A stretch of DNA of 64,000 nucleotides, from NCBI RefSeq assembly GCF_006345805.1, contig NC_043016.1, positions 14,074,001-14,138,000 on the forward strand, given 5' to 3'. The stretch's first letter is position 1, and each line of letters starts with the position of its first letter. Shown one piece after another: positions 1-11,830 of the stretch. The position numbers and the translations under genes were made by a program. This stretch comes from Octopus sinensis (taxonomy: Eukaryota). Below the pieces are notes generated by a model. It did not search any database. It worked only from the letters and a program-made list of their open reading frames with translations, and was not told where the DNA came from.

Positions 1-523
1 TGAAATTGTGATAGTAACCATCAGCTAGGGGCCAGACGATTCAGTACTAAATCACAATGTACAAATAGACGCAGCGAAGATACTAGGAGTCGAAGTGCTT
101 CTGGTGGTCATCGTGACAGTGGCAGTCATAAGAATTATGGCAGAAAGGGTCAATAGACTAGCTGCGGAATATTATACAGTTCAGCAATGGACTGCAGATT
201 CAGACTAACGAAAACAGCAGACCAGTCATTCACTCATCAATTCAGACACAGTTTTACCAGCAACTAAGATACCACTGTACACACACACACACACACACAT
301 ACACACAAAAGAAAGAGTCATATAACAGAGCCAAAGCTGAGCTCACACAAGAACTACCATGAAATCCCCAGGCAGGCTTTTTTTATCAACGATTCAGATA
401 ACCGGCCTTTTCATGTCAGTTTCCACCAATAGTGCAGAACTGTTTTATTCATGTTTTGCTAGTATGCATTCTTCCTTATGCGGTACAGACGCACTACATA
501 TAAACACACACACACACACACAC

Positions 524-580
<57 letters not shown>

Positions 581-1309
581 TCAGATAAAAACATCGTGTC
601 AGTACAGACACGTTGGCAAAGAAGACTATTCATTCTCCCGGATAATCAATATTGTCCCCTGTAGTTTTTGCCTTTAATACAAACTTGGCAAAAGAAATGG
701 TTATCTTTGAGTAAATGCGAAGAAACGACCTAATTTTTAAAAGATAGCAGTAATAATCAGGCAGTGAAATACATACCACGGGGAAAATTACTATACATAC
801 ACCATGGCGACGAAAGAACCTGGAGAGGGCTATTGCAGATTGAAGAACTATCAAGAAAAAGTCCAGGGGAGGTTTCGAATTGAACCAATACCATCTCTAC
901 GGAAAGTTTAGGCAAGATCCCCCGATAGGCTACATTAAGAGACTTGCATCTTGGGATTAAAAAATACCCAACATTCTCAATTTTTTCAGAGAAACAAGGA
1001 CGCCCCCAAACTAGAAAGGTACTGACCATCACTGGCAACTTCCACATTAATAATGACAACCGATAGGATTTATACGAGAAGCAGTGGTGGTAGAGGCATG
1101 AGGCCTTTGAATGCCATATTGTACCACTCAGACAACACCTGAACAGTAAAGAAAGAAACGAGTACATTCCATGCATACTCAAAATTGAGAGCAACAACGT
1201 CTTTAGAGTTGGAGAAGAACTACTGTGCAGGTACTCTGAGAATACAGCTATCTCATGCGACCCAAAAGGGGGCTGAACTGGCCTGCCATGATAGATCGTT
1301 AGCTCCTAA

Positions 1310-1490
1310 ACGTATTTTTTTCTCTCCTTGTTTTTTTTCTGTGTATCTTTCTGTTGAAGAGCGTAGGCTCGAAACATAAAAGACTTTTTCTATTTCTATT
1401 CCTGAGCGCTATACTAATGCATTTGTTTGTACTCCACCTGCCTTCGTCTTTTGTTTATTTTCGTAAACTTTCCGTTATCTAAACAGAAGC
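1310..1490 (+). repeat. Penelope-type terminal repeat fragment with hammerhead-like motif (copy 1)
   Basis: Close reverse-complement match to 8694-8880. Contains CTGTTGA-A-GAGC-GTAG-GCTC-GAAAC. Confidence 0.55.
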
Positions 1491-1799
1491 TTTGAGAAGA
1501 GGCATCATACCAGCAAAAAGCAATGCATGCGTACATATCCTGTATGCTAGAGGATAACAACTACATTAACAGGAAGAGTAGCCTCTCCTCAAACTGTGAA
1601 AGATACATTACATCCCACGTAGAAGAATATGACTTCGTTATCCCGAAACAGGAGATAGCTACTAAATATTTAGTAAACAAGAGAGACATAAATACCACCA
1701 AGCCTCTACGTTGTGATAGAAAATGTCAGTTCTGCTATACCAGAGTGGAAGATATTCTTTTCTACTCTTGGCATAAGGCACGAAATTTTGAGGGAGGGG

Positions 1800-2136
1800 G
1801 TCAGTCGATTAGATCGACTCCAATACGCATCCGGTACTTAATTTATCGACCCCGAAATGATGAAAGGCAAAGTCGAGCTCGGCGGAATTTGAACTCAGAA
1901 CGTAAAGACAGACGAAATGCCTATTTCTTTACTACCCACAAGGGGCTAAACACAGAGAGGACAAACAAGGATAGACAAACGGATTAAGTCGATTATATCG
2001 ACCCCAGTGTGTAACTGGTACTTAATTTATCGACCCCGAAAGGATGAAAGGCAAAGTCGACCTCGGCGGAATTTGAACTCAGAACGTAACGGCAGACGAA
2101 ATACCGCTAAGCATTTCGCCCGGCGTGCTAACGAGG
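1800..2136 (-). mobile_element. tRNA-derived SINE family A (partial + near-full tandem copies)
   Basis: On the - strand: B-box GAGTTCAAATT, then GCCTTTCATCCTTTCGGGGTCGATAAATTAAGTACCAG (resembles the conserved Meta-type SINE domain, from recall). Same family as 48571 and 63383. Confidence 0.85.
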
Positions 2137-3446
2137 CAGGCACCATATCATCATCAGCTGTCCCCAACTGTCTACAAGATATTATCCACCCTGAGGCATG
2201 ATATAGTTGAAATGACTATTTGCAATGTTGTCCGCAAGAAGGATTGCTCTGGCGTACATATCAAAAGCATGTATTCATACCTTTAAAAACAAGGAATACT
2301 GGTGGAACAGTAATAAGAAACATCAGTTCGATGCAAACATAACAGACCTGATATTGTTGAAATTCTTATGTGAATAGATGCACGCATGGAAGTGCATCAA
2401 CAGATCAACCAACACTCAAAACTTCTTGTCGCTTTGTTAGCGATTGGCTTAAACTTTCTTAAAAAGAACTTAAAACTAAAACAAGACAAAACAAAATATG
2501 AATACCTACACACACACACACGCATGAGAAAAAGATAAAAGAAAATATGCTCGCATTCATATAAATAAATGTGTGTAATTAATCAAAAAACTTGTTCAAC
2601 GATGTGTTCATCTTCTCTGCATGTACTAGTTCTGAGTATTCTTTTCTTGATGTCGAAACTGAAGCCACATATCATCTGTACCATTAATAAAATGATCGGT
2701 ATTCTTGGCACAAGTACAATATTTATCTATAACTATGAACCACAAGAGAATGTAAATATAGTCGTTGCATATCGTTATCCTGGTGTTTTGTTTATGATTT
2801 TCTAAAGTTATAAATAAAGCAAAAATGTATTCGAAGAAGCGAGGATTATTCCTACTTATTACAGAAAAGGAAATTGAAATAGAACCTTTTTTGTTTGTTT
2901 TTGCGGCCTCAAAAATAGACCACCATCGATACTAAAAGAATTGCGCCAAATGTCTCTCAACACAGAACGGAGGGAACGAATAAGTGGTGCAAAATGATTT
3001 CTTGTTATTTTCTCCCTTCCTGTTTGAAACTATTACATTGCAAGTATTGCATCATCATTTTGTATTGCTACATTATATTTAGGATTAAAAATTGGTCAGC
3101 ATAAGTTGTTGCTACTGAAGAGGAGAGAGTTGGAAACATAGTCCAGTAGTAGGTCTTTTTTTTTTCTTCCCTTTTTTTCAAGAAACTGAGGATGCTAATA
3201 AAAGATATGGATAATTTTTGTTGATTAGCAATAAAAATTCTTTTCTCTGTTGAATTCCAAATCGATCTTTTCCCACACCAAAGTCTAAATTGATAATTTT
3301 CAAGTGTCAAAAATTGTCTAATCTGGAGCAAAATGAGTGATGACTAATTTCTATACTTTAACAACATGGTGCTACTCCAGCAGATCGTGAAGAAGTTCTT
3401 GAGAATATTTTATGTTGATACAGTTCTATATATAAGAGATGAGGAA

Positions 3447-3627
3447 TTATTAACATTTGACGGATATTTGTCCTCATCTTGTTTGTTGTTAACACAACGT
3501 TTCGGCTGAGTTGGAGTGTTAGTTTACCCTCCAGCCTTCATCAGACGAAGGCTGGAAGGTATATCAGCCGAAACGTTGTGTTAGCAACAAACAAGATGAG
3601 GACAAATATCTGCCAAAGGTAAATAAT
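3447..3627. repeat. Fold-back of two Penelope-type terminal repeats (hammerhead-like cores at the axis)
   Basis: Arms atatttgtcctcatcttgtttgttgttaacacaacgtttcggctga / tcagccgaaacgttgtgttagcaacaaacaagatgaggacaaatat. Confidence 0.7.
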
Positions 3628-4840
3628 GTATATTAATGTTGAGTTTTTAGATTGAGCCGAGTTCGGTTAATTTCGTGTCGTGCTGTTTTCTCATCATCTT
3701 TCATTTGACCAAGATTTGTTGATTTTCTAATCTTTTTGATGTTTAAGAATGGATATTGATGTGTATGAATCTTTTCGCAAATGTAATTCTGGAGAATAGA
3801 AAAGGAAAATTTACCTTATCTTGTCTTACTCATTTTGCTTCAGCTAATTTTTCTTTTATATGCTCAAAAAGGACAATAATTTTCTGAAATGGTGTTCTGA
3901 ATATGTAATAGTGTTTTTAATGCATTTAGAGACGGTAATTTCCTTAGCTGATATAGTTTTTTGTGAGACAGTGAACATTTGTAAAAAATATTTTTTCTCA
4001 ATCTCAAAAATGCAGTAAATATAATTCATTGTGCCCTACCCCTTACCAAAAATTGCACCGAGTGACTCTCAACATAGAATATACACAACAGAGATGACAC
4101 GTGCCTTAGTAGACAATGGATATGTTAATCGCAATTAGTTCTTTACAGAAAATGTTATAAACAAAAGGGAAACTTGGATACGTAGGACGGTTACCATACA
4201 GTTTAGTGTCGTAAAATATTGAAAGTAATTACCCTTAAAATAAATAAAAGTATTTTGCGATAGAAACCGGGTGTGACAACAGTGATATACCTAAATTTCA
4301 GGAAACACGTTTGTTATCCGATGGGTAAGGTTTCTTTTGCGAGTCTCGGCAACTTCTATACTCAGTTTTGGAGATCCAAATGACGACAGTATCCATAAAA
4401 GACTATAGAAGGGTGATGGATGCTCGCCAAGAAGAAAATTAGGCAACAATGTGGGAATACTGATGATTATTTTAACATCATATTTTCACGAGCATTTGTG
4501 GCGAAACAAATTTAGAGATCGCGAAAAACTAATTAAGAATCTCATTTCGTGCAACAATGACAGCTATGATTTCCCGTAAAAGTGATTCTTTGTTCTTATA
4601 TAAAACATAAGTACGGTTTTTATGTTACATTAAATATATATACATTTGTGGGTTTATCCTATATACAACACAACTGTACTTCATAAAGGCGGGGGGGGGG
4701 GCTTATCAAAGGGATCCTACATACAACACAATTGTACTCCGTACAGGGGGACTTATCAAAGGGATAGGTACTACAGATCTGTAGCACGTATCCTTTTGAT
4801 AAGTCCCTCTGTACGGAGTACAATTATGTTGTATGTAGGA

Positions 4841-5900
4841 TGAACCCACGGGTTGACTATAAGGTTAGGGATGTAGTGTATAGCTTACGTTGTACTGAGG
4901 GACGGTGCAGAAACATGATAACTACGTACATTGGAGAGACTGCAAGCAGCATAGGAGAGCGTATAGGTGCACATTGGCGAGAGCTCAAAGAAGAGAAAAG
5001 CTCGTCAGTATTCTACCAACATGCTCAGGCAGAACATGGAGGCCCAATTAATAGCATAGAGGTTAATGTATTATCGACGCATAGAAGTGACACGACACTC
5101 AGACAGATTACAGAGGCTACGCATAGCAGTAGATAGACCGAGCCTCAATAGAAAACACGAATGGAACAATAATACCTTCCACCACACCACACCACATGAC
5201 TAAAGACAGATGGGAAGAAGAGAGAGAGAGAGAGAAAATAAATCGTAAATAACACACAGATACATACAGAGTAATACACACAATAGACATACATGCACTT
5301 GCCCGTGATACATATTAGAAATAGAGAGAGATAAATAAATAAATATATTTGTCACATACCTGTGACATGTAAAAAATAGAGATAGATAAAATATATAAAT
5401 GTATAAATCTATATAAAAGGCACGGACACAGACAACATACGAAGCGAACCCATACACACAAGAAATTTCACAAACGGCCACAACAATATCAACTACACGA
5501 ATAACAACGACAGCAGCAGCGGCAGTGGCAACGATGGCAATGACAACAACAACTACCATGATGGCAATACGCGAGGCGAACACAGAGAGATTCAGGAACT
5601 ATACCAAATTTTCGGGTCTTAGGACAACAGCAGCACAATGGAGCTGAGGGGAAGGACATACTGCTGCTAAGAACAGTGACACACACACATACATACGCAC
5701 GCACACAAACACGAATGCAAACGCATGCGCACTTAAGGATATACATCATAGAAGAACAGAATGGAGTAAGTGGAGCAAGAGCACACACAAAAACGAAAAG
5801 TGTCACTGAAGAGGTCACAGATGTGTGACGAAAGATTTCCGGACGAGTTAAAATTAAGAAAAAAGAAGAACAGTAATGAATGAGTGAAGAACAAATATAT
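4841..5900 (+). mobile_element. Penelope-like element 3' fragment: GIY-YIG endonuclease followed by low-complexity pseudo-LTR-like tail
   Basis: VVYSLRC...YIGETASSIGERIGAH...RQITEA, then (other frame) RPSLNRK: the GIY-YIG signature of Penelope elements. Hammerhead-like motif at 5806-5833. Confidence 0.8.
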
Positions 5901-6437
5901 ATAGTGTGTGTTTATTTGGTACGTCATGAAAACAAAAGTAAAAAAATTAAATTAATTTTTTTTTGATCTTTTCCTTTTGAACGGCAGTTTGTAACATAAT
6001 TTCTAGGTAACTAAAAAGTTTTAAACTTCGTATACTGGTAGAATGTGTTTATAAAACATCAAATTCTCTTGGCTTTATTGAGAAAATTCTATAGGTTGTA
6101 ACATATTTCGTCTAAAATTTCTTGCATTTCGGCAATTTTAACCAATCAATTACCTCCATCGACGATAAACATTCTGTGCATAATGAATATGTCCTCGTTT
6201 AAGAAACAGATTGGGTTTATTTACATTTGTGAAGAAAAAAGATACCCTTCCCAGCCCCTAACCCTAACCCTAAATCTAAAATAGATTGAAATGCAATAGA
6301 TCGATACTAGGGTTATAATTAGGGGTGACAATTTCATACGATACCGCTACGGGAAAATCGGATTTTTTTCTAGAAAGGGACACATAGAAAAAAAGAAGAG
6401 AAAAAAATGTGTGTAGTGGCTAACGATCTATCATGGC

Positions 6438-6482
<45 letters not shown>

Positions 6483-6600
6483 ATAATATATATATACTAT
6501 ATATTATGTATGTAGTATGTATGTATGTATGTATGTATGTATGTATGTATGTATGTATGTATGTATGTTGTGTGTGGTGTGTGTGTGTGGTGTATATATT

Positions 6601-6803
6601 TGTGTGTCTGTGTTTGTTCCCACAACATCGCTCGACAACCGATGCTGGTGTGTTTACGTCCCTGTAACTTAGCGCTTCGGCAAAAAAGGCTGATAGAATA
6701 GTACTAGGTTTACAAAGAATAAGTCCTGGGCTTGATTTGCTCGACTGAAGGCGGTGCTCCAGCATAGCCGCAGTCAAATGACTGAAACAAGTAAAAGAGA
6801 GAG
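6601..6803 (+). mobile_element. SINE family B (CORE-type), 3' half
   Basis: Matches the 3' half of the full copies at 36883 and 50445. Ends GCGGTGCTCCAGCATAGCCGCAGTCAAATGACTGAAACAAGTAAAAGAG. Confidence 0.8.
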
Positions 6804-7653
6804 ATTCAACAACACGTTTAATCCTTTCACTTTTCATGTTTATTAATTTTTCATTTCTTTTTAATTGAGGGTTAAATATTTTTTTAGTTGGGGGAGATAA
6901 CCCAATTTGTTAATGGGGTGAGATAACCAAAAAGTACCCGAATTTCTATCGAGAATTACGTTTGCTTCGACAAATTCACTCGCATTCACACATATAATTA
7001 AATATATATGAAATTAAATGTGACACTCTTTTGTTTTCACGTAACATATATACACGTTCAATTTTTCTTTCTTTCATTTTAGTCCATGCTTGCCTTTTCT
7101 GAGACTTTTTCCAAGTAAAGGATAACACATTCAGCCACGCGCGCGCGTTTGCACGAACGCATACGCAAATGTATACGCATCACATGCATCGATGTATGTG
7201 TACATATGCGTGTGTATGTATGTGCGTATGAATGTATATTGTGTGTATGTGTGTGTGTATATATATATATATATAGAAGTGTGTGTGTACGTGCATGTAT
7301 GTGTGTGTGTGTATTATTGGTAATGATAATAACAGATTTTTCGCATCCATCATTATATTTAACAGTTATTCACAGCATCCTTTTCTGAACCAATATACAT
7401 GTGTGTGTGTGTGCGTGCGTGTGCGCGCGAGTGTGCGTGCGTGTGTGCGTACGTGTGTGTGTGTGTGGATGTATGTAAAGTTTGCTGATCAGCCACGCTA
7501 TAATCCGGCCGACCAAAGCCTTGTAAATAGATTTGGTAGACTGAAACAGAAGAAGCCTGTCGTGTGTATCTATGTGTGTGTGTGTGAATATATATATGGA
7601 TATATATAGGATATTAATATATATGGATATTATATATATGGATATATATATAT

Positions 7654-7726
<73 letters not shown>

Positions 7727-7816
7727 GTGTGTATGTATATATTCTGCGTGTGTATCTTTGTGCATGTGTTAGTTCTACACTTCGTCCACCATTTGGGTTT
7801 TTTATGGGTTAATATA

Positions 7817-8407
7817 CAGTTTAAGACCCGGCCACGAAAACAAAAAAAAAAGCACCTACAAAAAAGTCTACCAGTTGTAAAAATAAGAAAACAAAAAATT
7901 GCGGAAATGAACGGGGTAGTGGTCGGGAGAGGACTTTCGGAAAATTCGCAGGATCCGATTTTCCTCTCATAACTTTAAGGAAAATGGATATACATTTATG
8001 AAATTTTTGAAAAGAAATACCGTTCAAATGGCACAACTCACGATTATAAAGAAATTTCTGGGGAAAATGTTTTCCTTAGGGGTGGTGAGAAAATTTCGGA
8101 AAATTCACACGATCCGATTTTTTTCCTTCATATCATTCAGGAAAACGGATATCTTTTAATGAAATTTTACAGAAACGTATTTCAAACTGCAAAGATAACG
8201 ATTATTAAAAAAAAAATGTGGGGGAAATGTTTTCCAGAAAGTTATGAGGGAAAAAATCGGATTGATCCTCGGCTTGTGTGAATTTTCCGGAAGTCCTCTC
8301 CCCGTCCAGCCTCATTCGTTTGCTCAAATTTTTATTTTCATATTCTTTTTCTACGCATATTTTACACTTAGTAGGCTGGGTTGTTTTCGTGACCGGATCT
8401 TAAACTG
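7817..8407. mobile_element. Non-autonomous DNA transposon (about 27-bp TIRs, TA TSD, internal direct and inverted subrepeats)
   Basis: TA|CAGTTTAAGACCCGGCCACGAAAACAA ... TTGTTTTCGTGACCGGATCTTAAACTG|TA. Internal units gaaaattc.ca.gatccgatttt at about 7940 and 8100, inverted at about 8250-8290. Confidence 0.8.
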
Positions 8408-8466
8408 TATGTTAACTAACCTGTTCATGTCCTCCGTAACGTAGCGGTGCGACACACACACACACA

Positions 8467-8551
<85 letters not shown>

Positions 8552-8650
8552 CTTCAACCAAATTCGAGTATGTTTGGTAGACGGAAAGCTAAAGAAACCC
8601 ACTGTGCGTATAGATGTATGACTGCATTTATGTATATAGATCGGCATGTG

Positions 8651-8693
<43 letters not shown>

Positions 8694-8695
<2 letters not shown>

Positions 8696-8880
8696 CGGGA
8701 AGCTTTATGAAAATAAACAAAAGACGAAGGCAGGTGGAATACAAACAAACAATTGTATTAGTATGGCGCTCAGGAATATAAATAAAACAAGTCTTTTACG
8801 TTTCGAGCCTACGCTCTTCAACAGAAAGATACACAGAAAAGAAAACACGGAAAGAAACAAGGAGAGAAAAAAATGCGTGC
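8694..8880 (-). repeat. Penelope-type terminal repeat fragment with hammerhead-like motif (copy 2)
   Basis: Reverse complement of 1310-1490. The - strand reads TCTTT-CTGTTGA-A-GAGC-GTAG-GCTC-GAA-ACGT-A-AAAGA. Confidence 0.55.
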
Positions 8881-8924
8881 AGAAGCTAGCGATTCAACAT
8901 GGTGATTCATATATACATATATAC

Positions 8925-9697
8925 GTCCCAGAGGTGCAATCAGTGCGAGACCTGGGCATTTACATGAGTAATGATGCAACCTTTCATGTGCATGTTGCTA
9001 AATTGGCAATGAAATGTAGGCGGTTGACGGGATGGATTCTTAGAACTTTTAGAACAAGAGACCAGGAAACCATGCTAAGCCACTTTGACTATTGCTCTCA
9101 GCTATGGTCACCAACCAGTGTCAAATTAATCTCAGAACTTGAGGCAATCCAACGAAGCTACATGAAGAATATAGCCTCTATGCAGCATATAAGCTATTGG
9201 GAAAGACTCAAGAGATTAAGACTCTATTCCTTAGAGCGTAAGCGAAAAAGATATGCCATAATATACATCTGGAAGATCCTGGAAGGACTTGTCCCAAACT
9301 TTGGTATCGAGAGTTACACAAATACTAGAACTGGACGCCACTGCATAGTGCCAAGGACTCCAAATTAGCCATCAAGATGTAGGACAAGATACTGCAATAG
9401 CCTGGGCTTCAGAGGTCCACAGCTCTTCAATATCCTCCCGAAGGACCCGAGAGACCTGCATGGGGTGGATGTAGGTGTCTTTAAAATAAAACTGGACCTC
9501 TTCCTGTCAGGTGTCCCAGATGAACCAACTTCGCGGCAGGAGGTGCAGATAAGGGCAGCTGCATCAAACTCTATCATGCACCAAATATCAATTGCTAAAA
9601 AGCATTCGTGAATTAAAATTATGTAGTAACACCAAATAGCGGTGCTCCGCATGGCCACAGCTCGTGAGCTGAAAGTAGATGAAATTAAAAAAAGAAA
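8925..9697 (+). mobile_element. CR1-clade LINE, 5'-truncated, with 3' UTR
   Basis: VRDLGIYM...DYCSQLWSP...LEAIQR..SYWERLKRLRLYSLERKR.RY.IIYIWKILEGLVPN, continuing RGPQLFNILP..FKIKLDLFL..VPDEP. A-rich tail. Confidence 0.9.
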
Positions 9698-9707
9698 TAT
9701 ATATATA

Positions 9708-9766
<59 letters not shown>

Positions 9767-9774
9767 ATATATAT

Positions 9775-10610
9775 ATACTACATATGTGGGAAATTCTGTC
9801 TGTGGGTGTTAGTGAGTTTGTTAGCGAACTCCTCCTACATCGTTTTATCGATTTTGATGAAACTTGACACATGAGTAGAACTCATGTCTGAAACCTCATG
9901 GCATACTCAAATTGTTGAAAAAAATTCGATAATAGGGCCTCTGGAAGGGATCCTTATATATAACCAAGGGAAATAATCCACTTATTTCCCTAAATCATTT
10001 GGTAAAAGTGAAACTGAGTATGCTTGTTTCTTTGTATTTGAACTGTTAGAGTTATTTTCACAATTTATCCAGTACAACCCTTAAACAAGTAAATAGTATT
10101 TTCCTAAACAATAGATCCACTTATTTTGGTTAGTGACTTATTCACGAATATACCAGCACTAGTGCCCCTGAAGGTAATATTCTCAGGGAACGCACAAAAG
10201 CCCTTTTCAGAGTTATTTACTTTGAATTGTTATTATCTCGTATCTAATTAGATCCTAGCCTGTTATTATGTAACATGCTTCACGATTTTAGTATACATAC
10301 CTTATTAGTATTTCCTCCGGTGTTCTATACACTCTGGGAATGCATTAAAGCCCTTTTCGAGGCTATATTATCGGGTAACTAATTTCATGTTATTGCATAA
10401 TTGACTTCACAATTTGGGTATTCATAACTTATTGGGAATTCCTAAAAACAAGATCCTGTGTAAGACAGTTTGGTATTCTATGTAAATGCACAAAACCGTT
10501 TTAAGGGCTACATACTTTGTATTGTCGTTACTGGATTAGTGAAACAATTACGAGAATGAAACCAAGGGATAAGCCTCGCTTTCCCAGAAATTACCGGATA
10601 TGTCAGCTAG
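9775..10610 (+). mobile_element. Putative non-autonomous Helitron-like element
   Basis: 5' region tctgtctgt..gaactcctcctac..cgattttgatgaaactt resembles Helitron/Helentron left ends (from recall). Ends in CTAG (10607-10610) followed by T. The 5' TC terminus is not clean. Confidence 0.4.
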
Positions 10611-10713
10611 TATATGTACATGTATATGTATATAGCAAAAACTGTCCGACGAACGGGAACGTGAAACTCAGAGTAACAGGTTTGTTGAATTTTCTGCTGC
10701 TTTTAAATAAAGT

Positions 10714-10804
<91 letters not shown>

Positions 10805-10979
10805 TATATATGAAAGAAGGTTTGAAAATGCAATTTTAAAAGATGTTTATTCACTCGACTGGTTTCACTTTTTTAGAAAAGATTGTCAATAGTAAAATGT
10901 AAAAGCTTTGTAATAGCTTTGTTGTGTTAAGTACTGGTTGTCACAATATATTACAATGCATATATACATTCTTTGATAA

Positions 10980-11246
10980 CAATAATAAGAAAATGTTAAA
11001 AAACCTCACACTAGAGCAGAAACCCACACACACTTGCAAGAAAAAAACACATACATATATACACTTGCAATATGATTCTAGCAGCCATAACCAACACTTA
11101 CACATATGTAAACACGGACATGCACACACCTACACACACCACCCCGAAGTTACAAATCACATTCACACAAACACACTCACACGTACACAGATACACAAAC
11201 AAACACGCAACTACAACACAACTCACACAAACACACGCGCATTTAT

Positions 11247-11296
<50 letters not shown>

Positions 11297-11830
11297 ACAC
11301 ACACACACAATACGCCCGCACCCCAGTAATAAAATCACAAACACACACACACTGAAAAGAAAGGAAAAAACACGCATACACTCACAATACAATCCCAACA
11401 ACCACAACAAACATACATGCACACAAGCATGCACACACACCAATGACACACACCTCCCCGACAAATACAAGACAGATAGACACACTCACACAAACACACC
11501 CACTGAACTAACAATACAAACAAAACAAATCACTCACAAAGGCAGCACACACACACACACACCCGGAAACTACATAAACCATACCCACACACAAACGCAT
11601 ACTCAATACCAACACACACAAAACGCATACGCACACACATACACACCACCCAGATAAACCCAACACACATGGACACACAGAACCCCTGATAAATACAACA
11701 CACTTACACACACATCCACATCCATACATACCCCCCCCACACACACACATACATATGCACCCTCACACACACACATACGGTTGCTCACATACACACACCA
11801 CAAGGACAATTAAAACACAAACATACTCAG
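10980..11830. repeat. Degenerate (CA)n-rich low-complexity tract, about 850 bp
   Basis: Continuous ACAC-derived sequence. Source of many T/H and C/V-rich pseudo-ORFs. Confidence 0.9.

Larger units (their letters stand above)
600..2420 (+). mobile_element. Degraded non-LTR retrotransposon with restriction-like endonuclease (R4/Dong-like), interrupted by a Penelope-type repeat and a SINE
   Basis: Disrupted frames give LYI...RGLLQIEE (about 790-846), TSHVEEY..QEIATKYLVNKR and CQFC..VEDI (ORF 1523), STRYY.LRHDIV (about 2170-2210) and KHNRPDIV (about 2335-2358). This is the order expected for RT C-terminus, CCHC finger and PD-(D/E)xK nuclease. Confidence 0.55.

Noticed and set aside
3068-3331. 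- strand ORF / WEKIDLEFN Myb-like hint
   Set aside because: Multiple stops in the relevant frame and no further domain residues. Insufficient support.
4840-5136. GIY-YIG ORF as a stand-alone or domesticated nuclease gene
   Set aside because: The ATG is created at the palindrome junction, the C-terminal LN motif is frameshifted, and it has a Penelope-type tail.
6256-6273. (CCCTAA)x3 telomere-like repeat
   Set aside because: Only three units, embedded in what appears to be a dispersed repeat. Not evidence of a telomere or fusion site.
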